DNA of 63,856 nucleotides, filler included. It is 14 parts of 14 records of this genome, joined end to end, with 100 filler letters (N's around TTAATTAATTAA, not from the genome) between each part and the next. Parts side by side here need not be neighbours in the genome. Positions count along the whole stretch, not along the records: positions 15,046 to 23,046 come from SRR15195285_927; positions 23,147 to 26,813 come from SRR15195285_928; positions 26,914 to 30,651 come from SRR15195285_930; positions 30,752 to 35,451 come from SRR15195285_931; 10 more parts are not named here. One strand, written 5' to 3'. Below the pieces are notes generated by a model. It was given only the letters and a program-made list of their open reading frames with translations. It was not told where the DNA came from and ran no database searches. Positions within the stretch are counted from its first letter, which is position 1; the number at the start of each line of letters is the position of its first letter. The translations under genes and the position numbers were made by a program. Shown piece by piece: positions 22,804 through 35,451 of this stretch.

Positions 22804-23360
22804 GCTGGCGCTATCCATGTGCCCGCTGTCAGCTGTGTGTGTGGTGGTGGTTTTGTGTCTCTTAGTTGGTATCCTTTGTGTCTCAGTTTGTAAACCCAAG
22901 ACAAAGACACGGTGCTCCTGACTGCAAGACGGGGCCTCGTTGATGTTTTGGTTGTGTGGGCTTGACTCATTAAATTGTAGCGGTCGGAAAATCACCCAGT
23001 CTCTTTGCATCCTTGAAAACCTGCTAAGTATGCTGTTGCTGCTGCTNNNNNNNNNNNNNNNNNNNNNNNNNNNNNNNNNNNNNNNNNNNNTTAATTAATT
23101 AANNNNNNNNNNNNNNNNNNNNNNNNNNNNNNNNNNNNNNNNNNNNCGACATTGGCGCCCTGGGCACTTCGTGCGGCAGGATTTGACTGGTACTGGCGCG
23201 CGCGCGGGGATCCGGCGCGGACGCGCGCCGCGGGATACGATCGCCGCGAGCCCTGGCGCCGCAGGGTCCGTCGGCGCTCTGTGCCATTGCGATCGTCCAC
23301 GTGCCCTCTCTCGCCGCGTGGCGTGACTGTGGCCACGCACGTAGAAACGTCTACTCTGTG

Positions 23361-24470
23361 ATGACCAGCAGCTCGGATGTTACTATTACTGCACACCGTG
23401 CGCCCCTAGACTCCAAGCCTGTTGCCGTGGTTAATGGAGTCGTCGTGGAAGACCTGCAGCGCGAGTGCTTAACGCGCAGCGCCGAGCTATCAACCTTAGT
23501 GGACACACTGCTCGCCCGTGTGCGCGCCACAAAGCGCCAGCCATCAACTGCGGCGAGCACTCCTCCACCTGCAGCGACGGTACCAGCGACAGAGCCACCG
23601 ACAGCAGTGTTGCCGAAAGCGCCAGCAAGCCCACTGGGTGACGGGGACCCAGACACGGTGCAGCGGGTGCTAGCTGAGGCAGACGAGTGGCTCGTCGGTG
23701 CGGAATCTCTTTCCGAAAGGACCAACGCTACCAGCGAGCCAGCTGAAGCTGCCAGCAACCACGAGAGCACGCTAGTCGAAGTAGACAGCAGGGCTCAGGC
23801 GGCGTTGGAAGAACAGTTGAGGTCAGTGGAACAGCGTCTCGCGAAAGCCACGGTGGAGATCGAGAGCCAGGCACGAGCCCGGGCAGCTGTACAGCAAGAA
23901 CTCGATGAACTGAGACGCAGTAGCACCAACGCACACCACCTAGGTGGCAGCGACGGCGAACATGGAAGGGATGAGGCGTGGGAACCACTCTGGCATCCCA
24001 CTGCCGAGGCAGCGATTGCCTCAGCAAGACAGGGCGAGGCAGAGGCGCGGAGGGAACTCGCTCAATTGAAGCAGCAATTGGTGCAAGAGCAAGCTGTGGG
24101 AGCAGGGGCGACCAAAAAGGATATGTCGACAAGCGACGCCACTGCTCTGGAAAAGCACTCTGGGGCTGTAAGCATACATCACGACTTGGGGGCAGTGGAC
24201 GCCGCAGACTTGAGCGCGGCCGCCTCTGTAGCTAGCGCTGCGTTCTCAGCATTGAGTGCCGCTGCGTCGTCCAGCGACCCAAACGACCCACGGAACGCTG
24301 TCAATGGGGCCGCAGCTGGCGTGGATGACGCCGTGCAATCGTTGCGTGCACTTTTCTTACAGTGGTCCCCACTGCTACATCTACAGTGTACCCCAGTGTT
24401 AGAACAGGCTGTGGCGCGTTGGGTTATTGTCGACGAGGCAACCAAATCTAGTGAACCACGGAGAAATTAA
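23361..24470 (+). CDS. Hypothetical coiled-coil, Ala/Glu-rich protein
   Basis: About 370-aa ORF with heptad-like segments (LEEQLRSVEQRLAKA..; EAEARRELAQLKQQL); no recognised domain. Confidence 0.55.
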   Translation: MTSSSDVTITAHRAPLDSKPVAVVNGVVVEDLQRECLTRSAELSTLVDTLLARVRATKRQPSTAASTPPPAATVPATEPPTAVLPKAPASPLGDGDPDTVQRVLAEADEWLVGAESLSERTNATSEPAEAASNHESTLVEVDSRAQAALEEQLRSVEQRLAKATVEIESQARARAAVQQELDELRRSSTNAHHLGGSDGEHGRDEAWEPLWHPTAEAAIASARQGEAEARRELAQLKQQLVQEQAVGAGATKKDMSTSDATALEKHSGAVSIHHDLGAVDAADLSAAASVASAAFSALSAAASSSDPNDPRNAVNGAAAGVDDAVQSLRALFLQWSPLLHLQCTPVLEQAVARWVIVDEATKSSEPRRN

Positions 24471-24852
24471 TACCACTAGCGAGTGCCAGGGTGTGCACTG
24501 TGGTAGTTTACACGATATGCCACGGAATGCTAAACAGTACTACAAAAGTCTTTTGTGGACATGTCTCGCTACCTGGTACTGGTAGCATTCTCTGGATTCA
24601 TTGTTTCCTAACGCTCTTTCATCGGTTGTGCTCTGAGCTTCGGCCAGCTTTCGGTGCAGAGAACGCACCCAGTCCGACGCCACCGCTTGTCAACCCTGCA
24701 CTGCCCAGCATCAGTGGATTCGCTCGCGCCTGCTTCACCTGGCAGCTCGACCACAAGTACCTAGTGAGAACATCGATATCTAATCGGGACGAGCACAGCT
24801 GCCACTAGGAAATGCACTAGCTGGTCGATGGCAAAGATAGAGACTTCTATCT

Positions 24853-26813
24853 CTATCCAACGCGTACAGCTTCAGCGAAGAACTGTGGTAGTGCGAACGC
24901 TGCACGGTGCACCTCTCGGTTGTAGTAGTGGGTTTGCAATCGCTTGTGGTCCCAGCCAATCCAGTCAACACCGTCCGTTGACAGTGGTGGTAGCATACCA
25001 TGCAAGTCCTGGTCGTCGCCATTCGTACTCTCTGCTCTCGATGGTGCTGCCTCAGACACGTCCTCGGATGGCACCGGGTCAATTCCGTCCGAGCAGAACA
25101 TGAAGGCGTACGCTCCAGTGGCAAACTCTGGCTGTGTGATGAGATATGGGCGCACGTGTTTGAACACAGGCGACAATACTTGCACCGCTGGAGTGACGTG
25201 TGCGCTTGAAAGAAATGGACTATCCAGATTGGCGAGCATAATCGAGTCTCGGCCAGCTCCCCGCATCAATAGCTTGATCTGCGCATAAGTCTCAGGTGAC
25301 CACTCTCCACCAACAGAAAAATCTGTGGAATCAATCACGACAAGGTCAAAGATCGGGCGCGATGCCACCGGCCGTGAAGATTGTTCCGTGACCCAGCGTG
25401 GGGCGTCACCGACAACAATGTTGACTCTGGAGTCCATTTTGCTGGCGCCAACTTCTGTGCTGACCGCCGACATTTCTCGTGCCTACGACGAGTGCCCAAC
25501 AATGGTGCAGTCCGGATGCAATTCATGATAAGAGCGTAGTCGACAGCAGAGTGTAATCGCACACACGCGTAGCAACAGCTCGGAGGGTGATGATAGTCTC
25601 AGCTGGTGTCTGACACTGACGTCGTGCTAATCCATAGGCCTGGTGTGAGGACGTACGAATGAGAAGTAATGTGCTGCAGTCGCCATGACGATTTTGTCGA
25701 TCTCGACAATGGTGACATGCACCACCTCGTCATGCTGTAGCAACCTAGTGTCATCACACAAAAGCAAAATGAGCGGATGATACAAGTACAACGTGCTGTT
25801 GGACTATGGATTGTTGGATGGGCTACATGCATGTGTGTGTGCACCTATGTAGCACGCCGCCGTCCCCTCCGCCAAGGATCAGCGCCCGAAGCACCGGTTT
25901 TGTCTGTCGGCGGTAGCTTGCGCCAATGAGGAGGTTGACGGGTAGATGGGAGAGCATCTCATGGTAGTTGGCTTCGAACCGCTCAGAAAGCTGTTGTGTC
26001 TCGATGTCGCCAGTAAACGAGGAGCATCAGGCAGTCGTCGGATTCGCAACAACGACAAAGAGGTTAATCAGACAGCGCTTTCATGCAACAATGCACAAAC
26101 GAGTCCGCACACTGTGTTCTAGTGCCATCACACCTGCAGCACCCCATCCAGAGTGAGCACTCGGCCGAGCTTCTCAGACTCATACACGGCGACCTCCTGG
26201 TATGGAGTAGATACCGTAAACATTCGCGATGACATCGCGTACTCTGCCCGCCAGTCTTCGTCTGGGTTTTTCTCAACAATTGTGAGAGGCGAGAGGCAAT
26301 GCCGCCAGCCGGGCGTCATCAACTGCTGCAAGTGCAACGGCACGGGTGGGAACACAAGTTGCAAGGCAGACAGACAGGCCCCTTGGTCCACGACGAGTGC
26401 TGCTAGAACCGGCAAAATCAAGAACAGTGACCAGCGGCTCCAACCGTCGGCAGGGCCCGGGTCCGCCGACGCTGGGCTGGTGGATCCTGCTGGAAACTCC
26501 GCTCCTGAAGCTCTGAGAGCACTGGCGGGTACACGGACAAGCAGCTGGGTGCCTGGCATAGCGCCAGCGGGTACCAGAACACTGAGTGTGGCCACAATTG
26601 GGTCTACTTCAGCGCCATCTTGTGGCTCCGGCTCCAGCTCCAGCCCTGGCGCTGCATCTACCTGCTCCGGTAGGTGCAACCTTGAGCTGCAGGAGCGGTC
26701 AAGACAGGTACAGAATTCCAATGCAAAAACCGATCAGTGCCTGGTAGGACATGCACCCTTGCAGCAGCCGGAGCAGTCACAGCCTCTAGCTCTGGCTCTG
26801 GCTCTGGCTCTGG
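24853..26813 (-). CDS. Spermidine-synthase-like aminopropyltransferase with an N-terminal hydrophobic segment; multi-exon, 5'-partial
   Basis: TPYQEVAVYES..GRVLTLDGVLQ|LSERFEANYHEM, ALILGGGDGG, TIVEIDKIV, RVNIVVGDA, FDLVVIDSTD, HYYNREVHRAAFALP; GT-AG introns between the motifs. Confidence 0.85.
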
Positions 26814-27198
26814 NNNNNNNNNNNNNNNNNNNNNNNNNNNNNNNNNNNNNNNNNNNNTTAATTAATTAANNNNNNNNNNNNNNNNNNNNNNNNNNNNNNN
26901 NNNNNNNNNNNNNCCGCCAAATGGCGACCCCCTCTGGGCGACTGCAGAACTACTGAATTGACCGGCGCTCGCTCCGGCCGCGTCGGCGCCGGCCGGTGGC
27001 GCAGGGCGGCCGCGGCTGTGCTGTCAACCGCCGCCACTGCAGCAGCAGGCTGCGCGCTTCCTCTACCCAGGCTTTCTCAGTGCGGCTGTCGGGGGCTGTG
27101 GGGTTGAAGTGCGGTTTTGTGGTAGAGCTTCAGTCGATTCGCAGTGGCGTGTCGTCTCCGGTTCGCTATCTAGGCTCCTTCAGCAGGCTGTCGTCAGC

Positions 27199-29295
27199 AT
27201 GCCGAAGAAGAAGAAGGCGTTCATCGACAAGGACGCGGCGTCGACCTTCCAGGTCGTCAACCGCGCGCGGCGCGACCCGCTGTCCCAGCAGGAGGGCGCG
27301 ACCCCGAATGTGCTCGCGCCGTCGTTCACGGGGAACCAGCGCAAGAAGGCGGACCGGGAGCGGCTGTCGGCGGCGACTGCACCGGCGGACCTCGGGGACT
27401 TCGCGCCGCGCTTCAACCAGAAGCGCTTCGGCGGCTCGGAGCTAGATGCGACCGAGGCCGCGAATTGGCAGTACGATAGGCGGGAGTGGGAGAAGTCCAG
27501 CTACCAGCTGCCGCAGGATGGCTACGACTATATGAAGCACATGACGGAGATGGGCGGTGGCCACTACCAGGGAATCACTTCTGACCAGATTGCGGCCCGC
27601 GAAGCCGAGCTCAAGGAGGCCGCCAGGCGCAAGGCGCAAGGGACGGTGGAGCTGCGTGAGGCCGTCCTCCCCGAGGAAGTGCTCCCTAACGTCGAAAACT
27701 ACCACAGCAGCGGGTACGAAGAATTGGAGTACGAGCTTGACCCAGAGGTCCTCGCGGCAATGGAAGACGCCGAAAACGACGCACACGACGACGTCGGGTG
27801 GGAGATGCTGGAGGACGATTTCGTGGCGCAGGTGAGCGACCCGAACTTCGGCATGCATTTGGACCACGCGATGCAGCAGTACGAGGAGAGGAAGGCGGCC
27901 GAGGCAGCGCGTGGCGAGCGGGAGCCGGAGCCTGCGGGCGACGGGAGCTCCGATGACTGGCCTTCCGATGACGACGATAGGCTTGGGCAGGAACAGTATT
28001 CTGAAGAAGAGGAGGAGCCGCCGACGGAGGAAGAGATGATTGACCAGATTTTCACATACGCGGATGAGGACGGCAACGGCCTCATCAACATGCAGGAGTT
28101 CATTGAGCTGCAGGAGGCATGTGGCAATGAGACGCCTAACGAAGAGCAGTGGAGGATGATGCTTGGAGCACTGAAGTGTGACCCGGATCCACAGACCGGT
28201 GGCCTTACCCAAGCGTCACTGACACTGCTTTACGGTGCAGAAGGCCCGTGGGACGACTTCGCAGCACTCGGGTTTGGTCCCGGAGATGACGACGGGCCCA
28301 TGCCGGAAGCTCTGGCACAGCTGATCGCGGAGAAGGAGGGCAAGAACGACGGCGCGGGGGCCACCCAAGACCGCGGTGATTCGCGCGTGCTAGACGAGCA
28401 GTTTGCGGCGATGGCAAATGAGTGGGATGACGATGACGACATCGGCAATCTCGACGGTGACGAGGACCGAACACGGTTGGAGAATGGCGGAATGGATGTG
28501 TCAGCGTATGAGGGCTTGCTGGATGAGTTCATCAGTGAGCAAGAGCGGGCAGCTGGCGAGGGTGCAATGATTTTGGACAACAAGGCGCAGTCATCGGCGT
28601 TGAAGGAGCACGTGCTTGCGAGGGCCGAAGCCCAGGCGGAGCGTGAGGAGGAGAGAAAGGCAGCGGGAAAGACGGACGACAAGCGGTTGGCAGACGTGGC
28701 TGAGTATCGCAATTCCGCACGAGCACAGGAGCTTGCAGACGATTTTGATGCTGAGACGATTGTGTCGACTTACTCAAACACGGAGAACCACCCTGGGTTC
28801 ATCCAGACGGGGCGGCGGATGGGCTCGAAAGAGAGGAAGCGAAGAGAGGCCGCCAAAGCACGTCAGAAGGAACGTGGCGTTGTTTTTGGCTCTGCGCTCG
28901 ACCCACTGAAACCACGGACTGGTGACATCATCTTAGGCAGGAAGGGCTTGCCGATGCTGCCAGAGCAGAACGAAGCGGCCATAATCGCGGCAGAAGAGGA
29001 AGAGGAAGAAGAAGAGGAGGAGTGTGAGGGCGAGGAGGGGGAGGAGGAGGAGCAGCAAGAGGAGGAGGAGTGGTTTGACACGGCGATAGGACGAAACGGG
29101 AAGAAAGGGAAGGGCCCAAAGGAGACCCCAGAAGAGAAACGGGCGCGCAAGGCGGCAGTGAAGGCAGAGCGCGCAGCAGCCCGGGCGAGGAAAAAGTCGC
29201 TGAAGTCAGCTTACAAAAAGGAGGAAGCAGTGCAGGGCAAGCGGCAGACAAGTGCAGCAGGGGCGATGCGTGGCCGTGTTGTAATTGGGCTGTGA
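27199..29295 (+). CDS. LTV1: LTV1 40S ribosome biogenesis factor with an inserted EF-hand region
   Basis: MPKKKKAFIDK..TFQVVNRARRDPL, DGYDYMKHM, FDAETIVSTYSNTENHP, ETPEEKRARKAAVKAERAAARARKKSLKSAYKKE are LTV1 hallmarks. Confidence 0.9.
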   Translation: MPKKKKAFIDKDAASTFQVVNRARRDPLSQQEGATPNVLAPSFTGNQRKKADRERLSAATAPADLGDFAPRFNQKRFGGSELDATEAANWQYDRREWEKSSYQLPQDGYDYMKHMTEMGGGHYQGITSDQIAAREAELKEAARRKAQGTVELREAVLPEEVLPNVENYHSSGYEELEYELDPEVLAAMEDAENDAHDDVGWEMLEDDFVAQVSDPNFGMHLDHAMQQYEERKAAEAARGEREPEPAGDGSSDDWPSDDDDRLGQEQYSEEEEEPPTEEEMIDQIFTYADEDGNGLINMQEFIELQEACGNETPNEEQWRMMLGALKCDPDPQTGGLTQASLTLLYGAEGPWDDFAALGFGPGDDDGPMPEALAQLIAEKEGKNDGAGATQDRGDSRVLDEQFAAMANEWDDDDDIGNLDGDEDRTRLENGGMDVSAYEGLLDEFISEQERAAGEGAMILDNKAQSSALKEHVLARAEAQAEREEERKAAGKTDDKRLADVAEYRNSARAQELADDFDAETIVSTYSNTENHPGFIQTGRRMGSKERKRREAAKARQKERGVVFGSALDPLKPRTGDIILGRKGLPMLPEQNEAAIIAAEEEEEEEEEECEGEEGEEEEQQEEEEWFDTAIGRNGKKGKGPKETPEEKRARKAAVKAERAAARARKKSLKSAYKKEEAVQGKRQTSAAGAMRGRVVIGL

Positions 29296-30858
29296 ATACA
29301 TTTATGCATTAGAAAGAGAAATGCTTGCACTTTGTTGCTCTGGGCGGCAGATTCAATACAACACCTGAGGTCCCCCGCGGTTCCGACACGCACGCAACAC
29401 GAGTGTGTTCCTTGGGACCACGAAATGTGTAGACCACTGCGGCCGGCTTGAGGAATCGACGCGTTTGCACCAGTGGAACGCACACCGATTCGAAAGTCTG
29501 GAGTGCGCGAGGCGTGGGCGGCAGTTTCTGTAAGAACATCCGAGAGGACGGCCGCAAACCGATGGCTCGAGCACACGCTTTGTACCATCGACATACCGCG
29601 CCAGCGTGCACATGACACACGACAGTGCAGCCACACCACAGCCCGCGAGGCTGTTGCTGACCGACCCAGGATGAGTAGTAGTCGTACCGTGCTGCCAGTA
29701 ATGTCAGTCGCCCTGCGGCCCTTCAGCCGTCCGCATCAACCGCACGTCCAGTGGGGGTCCGGGTGGGGTCGGCGGCGGGGGTGGGGGCTGCCGGCGCAGG
29801 CCCTGTAGGGCGTCGAGCGCCGGTGGAGCAGGCGTCGGTTTAATGTCTTGTTTGCTCAAATTCGTGCGGCACAAGCCCACAGCTTGCGATTCGGCGCCGG
29901 CCCGGGGGCAAGAGTCCGGCACGACGTGCAGTGCGGCGCCAGCACCACCGGACACCCACCGCGCTGTCCAGCGCAGTACCGTGCGGTCAGAAATGTACCC
30001 GGACGAGAACTCGTCCATTCCACCTTATATGTGTGGTGTGTGTGTGTAGCCACACTGCCCACTCGTCGCAGGTTCTCGCTGATATGTTACGGCTAGCGCT
30101 GGCCGCGCTGCGTGCGTCGGTGCCCCAGCCTGCAGCGCAGCTCAGCAGCGAGCGAGCACCCCGCACGCCAACGCTGCTTGCCCGCCCACGCGCGCACGCG
30201 GGCGCCGCGCCCTCGGCCTCGCGGGGCCGCTGAGAATCGCGGCTGAATCGTGCGCACGTGTGATACTGGTACGTACTAGTATGTGAATCAGACGAAGAGC
30301 ACTCTCGCGTACTATTGTAGATAGTAGACTGACTACCTGGCGGAACAGTGTAAGTTGTGTACCAGCTACCACTGTACCTACGTACCACCAGTACCTGGTA
30401 CTGAACTCCCAGGAGTGGGGAATCTATAGCCTGGGCTGCGAATTTTAGAGAGGTCTTTTTGAGTAATACACTTTCTTTACTGAAGGTACTAGTAAGTGAT
30501 GAATCGAAAATGTGCAACTGTAAGAGCAGGACACGAGGACAGTCGCAACGCCGGGATCGCCGGGGATGCGGATGGATCGGACCAGGCAGCACTGGCGGAG
30601 GGCAGGCTGAGCTGCTGACCGGCTGCTGTGCTGTGCTGTGCTGTGCTGTGCNNNNNNNNNNNNNNNNNNNNNNNNNNNNNNNNNNNNNNNNNNNNTTAAT
30701 TAATTAANNNNNNNNNNNNNNNNNNNNNNNNNNNNNNNNNNNNNNNNNNNNGCACACTTCAAATTGCCATCCATCGGCATTCTTGTCGACACTCCGCCAC
30801 AATTCAAACCTCGACGGTTTGCTCTCTGACACGAGAACGTCGTGAACATTGCTGCAGG

Positions 30859-31949
30859 TAATGCTGGCGCCAACATTTGGACTGTTTTTACCCCAGGCGT
30901 CTATGGAAACCAGCATGGATATTCTCCCTGGGAAACGATTGCCGAAACTTGTTGGCGGAAAGTGCGTCAACATTGCACCACTTCGTGTTAGCGTGCTCTC
31001 CGGCTCGTGCGGCGTACATTACCTACGATATCGTCGCGCAGGTGCTTCCGACGAGTGCCTACATTAAGCCCCATGGCGGCAGAGATCACGGTCCCATCCA
31101 ATCAGCCGTACGCTGTGTCTGTGCTGAAGCTGCGCAACGTCGGGCAGGCAGCATTGGTGGTCGACGAGATCAATTTCTTGCCATCTAGCTGGGCCAGCAT
31201 TCCCGATTTGCAGTTGCCTTTGATCATACACGCACCAGAGCAGTCAGGTAGCAACGACTTTCTCCACCACATTACATCCAGCCTCTCCTGCTCTAGTGAG
31301 CGTAGCGTGACCGCGCACTCCTTTCGACGACGCGTGTGTTGCACAGGTGAAGGACGCCCTGCCGCTGTCGAGAAAGAGCTCAGGGTGCGCTTCGACGTCC
31401 CGGAGCAATTTGAGCTGCGTGATGGCCAGAACAACCCCGATGAAAGTGGCCTGCTGGACGGTCATTTTGAATCTGGTACGTTCGTGGATTACAGCCTCGC
31501 AGGCTGCTGTTAGCGTTCTATTCGAATAGGTTGCTACTGTCGATTGGTATCGTACTGCCGTGTCCTCGGAGTACACTGGGTCGTGAGCTTCATGTGTTTC
31601 TGACACAAATGTGATTGCGTGCACTACTCCGCTGTTGGCAGACCTGGCGCAGCCTCCCGACATTACAATCAAGCCGTTTAGAACAGAGATGAGTCTGGTT
31701 ACAAATGATCCTGCTCGCCCGTTGCTTAAAGTGCCTCTTGAAATTCAAGTGAGGCATCAGAGACTGCCACCAACAACGTCGCCGGAGGTTGAGCCCGAGC
31801 CGGAGCCCGACGAGCCGCGGGTGGACTCATCGCCACCGCCACCAAATGCGCCGGAGCCGCAGCCGCAACTGGAGCCGCAGCTGGAGCCGGCACAGCTAGG
31901 TGCGCTCGTGGAGTCTGAGTCTAGTCACACGGAGTCTGAGACGGACTAG
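30859..31949 (+). CDS. 3' part of a multi-exon gene with an Ig-like (ASH/DUF1573-type) domain and an EP-rich tail
   Basis: LKLRNVGQAALVVDEI and LVTNDPARPLLKVPLEIQV patterns on separate exons; exon boundaries only approximate. Confidence 0.45.
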
Positions 31950-32263
31950 ATTCAAGATGGGCCTAATGAGCCTACCTGGTATGGAATTAGATAGACAAAG
32001 GCGATGGCGCTCTTCGATCATTAGCTAATGTTGGACGAAGACGATGGTGCTGCGCGGCCCAAGAGGCCCAGGTCGCAGGTGTCGAAGTGCCGGAGGCAGT
32101 TTCTGCCGCAGCAAGCGTCGGGACCGGGCGTATAGGCATCGACGCCATAGCTGGGAGGCTATCAGTTCTGTATGCAATAGATACCGATACCAATCGACTC
32201 CATTGCTGCATCGGCAGCGGATTTTGTCGCTGGACGCTCACGATACAGGGGTGTTTCGATGCA

Positions 32264-35200
32264 TTAGCATTCACTTCCAGCCTTAGGTGCAGGAGCAGTC
32301 GTTGCAGGAATGTCGCAAACGCGCAGGAGCAAGCGTCGCGCGTAATCAGCAGTCTTCACAGTTTTCGCCGCCACGGCCCGTAGATGCTGTCCAAAAAACC
32401 ACAGCGACCAGCACGAAGAATGAAATTCAGCGTCAGCAAGAGGCGTGTCAGCAAGTTCTCACTGAAAAAGGCCACGGTGGGAGCGCAAGCACGTCAAGAA
32501 CTTACTGTCGGTGGCCGTTTCTTCATCGGAACCCGATCGCCTGTCCAAACTGTTGCTGGCCGTATGTCGTACTCCGAGGCGGGGACGGGCGGTGGCGGTG
32601 ACCTGTGCAGAACCAGGTGGTTGGTGCACCTAATGGAGCGGCCGTCTATAGAAACACTGCAGCCACAACACGACAGATGCGGGATGGATACGCCGCACCT
32701 GACAAGCAGGTGGAGAACGCGGCCAGCCCCACCGGCGCCTGGGACGCGCATTTACGGATCTTAACATTGCAGTCAGAGAGAGATAGATATATAAAGGAAA
32801 ATCGTGTCATTTGGGCCCGCACCACTAGACAGAAAGGCCTGGAAAGCCATCGATCGACGGGAGTGCAGCGACCCAGCGTGCGACGCTGTCAGCTCGTCTT
32901 CGGCTGTATATCATGCATGTTTTAGATTATCACAAAACAGCCCGCACTGAACAGCAAGCAGGCGTACACTGGTGCGCACCTGCGGCAGAGTAACTCTGTG
33001 GTCCCAAACGTATGGCAGCATTCTGAATTTCCGTGAGTACCGACGGCGCCATTCGAAGTACACTCTTGGTTAATGTCTCGCCAGTAGACCAGAGTCGACA
33101 CTCTGCAGTACCGTCATCGACAGTTATGCAGCCTTCCGCAACCCAGCGCTTCGATGCACTGGTGCAGGCACCGCTAGTGCACTCCGCGGTTTCCTCGCCC
33201 GGGGGCGCGCCGGGGAGCCGCTGGGCACAACCAGACAGAGCTTTTAGCATTGCAATTGTAGGCGGCGATAGAGGCATGTCCTACCTGGCCACAACCTCTG
33301 CATTGCCAATACATTTCAAGCTTCAACAATCGATCCTGATCCAACTCAAAAGGCTCGTTTTGGTTAGATGGCGAAAGTGAAAAGTGAGACGAATAGTAGA
33401 TCGAGGCATGTGTTGCAGAGTGAGCACTCACACAGCGTGCAATGATGTGGACTACCGTGCCACGTCTACTTTGGCTGCCCTGCCGCCCAGTCGAAGTTGC
33501 ATTCGACGCCTGCTACGCAAGTAATATTTCACCGTCACGGCAAGCTACTGACTCTAGGGTTCACTTTGGTACGCACCGTAAAGCCATTGCCGTGACGTGG
33601 GGCGACGAGCTCCGAAAGAAAACACCGCGGTCTACGGTCGGCCCAACCGTCCTCCTCTACTGCCACTGCTGGGTCTGTATGCGTGGACCGCGGCGCTGTT
33701 GTGCCAGACTGGCTAGTGGTGGCATTGATCCTTTGCTCAGGCCATGTTGCGGCCTGATCTACTGACATCGATGCCACAGCACTCTCCATGGCACCGCCCA
33801 AGCCGATACTCAGGGACGAGCAGGGCAAGAATTTGCAGTAGAGCTGCAAAGCCAACAGTAATTCAGACGGTAGCTGTCTTGTAAACATGTCGTTTCGGCA
33901 CGTGCTAGAATGATAATCGAACGCACCTGCCCTGAGCCAGAGCGCGATAGCAGCTTCTCCACCCGTCTCAGGACAATCCTGCGGTACCGCCGTGAGAGTG
34001 CCCAAAAATGTCAGTAGCCCACAAAACTGATTTGGAATTAGAACGATGTAGAAGACGCACACTGCTCCTGGCAACAACCCGCCGCTAACTGCCGCAGCAC
34101 CTCGGTAACAGTCGATGTAAACCTTGATTGTGTCGAACGCACTGCCGCACAGACCAAGTGCAATCTGAGGCTCAAAATTAGTACTCAAGAGATGAGGGTC
34201 TGCCGGACACACCTGCCAACTTGGCCTATTTCCAACATTACGGTCTCCCCGATACCTCCTGCCCAGTGCCCAGACCTGTCACGCATGCGTAATGTGTGAT
34301 TTAAATTCGGTGGAAAGCTAGCGCAGTGCAAGGCTGATTCTGTCGAAGATTCATGAAAATGTAGACAGAAGTCACACCATCGGTAATGATCAGAAGACCG
34401 AGTCTGACGATCGATCACCACTCCATGCACATTCACAAGTGAGCCGTACCTGTCCCAGCGCAACGAAACACTTGTAAACGACCTTCTTGCACATTGGATA
34501 ACCGTGCAATCGTTCGTTTGGTGATTGCAATTAAGTACACACTCATCAATTCCATTGTAGGACGATCCTGTGACAGGTAAGGACAGCAGCTCGGCAACGC
34601 CTGTCAAGCAGAACCACCTCTCAGATAGTCAACACAATGGGAAAATGGACGAGGAGCGCACCGAGCAGGGCTTTTGCGGCAGCTGCTATCGCTCGCTTTT
34701 GAATTGTAGTGACGGTAGTCAGAGCTGGAGGCGATAACGTAACAGTTGTAGCTAAGGCTGAAACGTGTGGCATCTCAACGCCCAGCGATGCAGCGACACT
34801 CTGTTCTTCCTGGCTGCAAGTGACGGTGTTAGCATCCGACAGTGTAAACTGTAGACTTTTCACCGTTGCACGCTCCCCAACGGTATATGTATCCGGTGGC
34901 AAATCATCTGGCAATGTTGCTTTCATCGTCGCTGCGTTACCGTCGCTATCCCCTGCGCTAACTTGGTGGTGGGCAAAATGTGCCACTAGGTCTGCGCCAC
35001 AGACCTCATACCAGCCAAATGTCCTCAAAAACGGGTAGTGCGCGCTGGCAGCCGCGCCACGAAATGACAGCTGAGCCAACCGGGTACGTGACTCTGAGCA
35101 CGACCAACAGCAAGGCTTTAGTTCCTGGGAAAAACATTCGGTTCCATGCTGTCTTGGTAAATCAATAGGTTGATAACTATCTAAGACACACTGTCTTTCG

Positions 35201-35451
35201 AACATGTACCAGGGTATACATGGATCTCCACGTCGGCGTAGAAGAACGGCTCGCCTGTGCCGATCGGCCTAGGGCCCGAACAGGTGGAAGTGGAAGAAAC
35301 GGGATGCCGTTGCTGCGGAGTTGATGACATAGTCGACTTGTGTATAACGAGCACCCACATCCGACTTCGTGAAGCGACTGGAGCATTAGCCATGGCACCC
35401 TCAGCCGAAGTAAGATTTATAGCGTCTGCTGCTGCTGCTGCTGCTGCTGCT
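32264..35451 (-). CDS. CTC1: CST complex subunit CTC1-like (OB folds); intron-rich, 5'-partial
   Basis: Splicing gives DTIKVYID..GLLPGAV|IVLRRVEKLLSRSGSGQ|LYCKFLPCSSLSI, which resembles the conserved CTC1 GLLPGA.V.F..LEK.VSRS..VYC block. A Cys cluster (CRGC..C..C) and ITVDDGTAE follow. The stop position is tentative. Confidence 0.75.

Noticed and set aside
29296-30651. Overlapping short ORFs downstream of LTV1, including a Pro-rich one at 29704-30018
   Set aside because: I could not build a credible gene model or find a domain.
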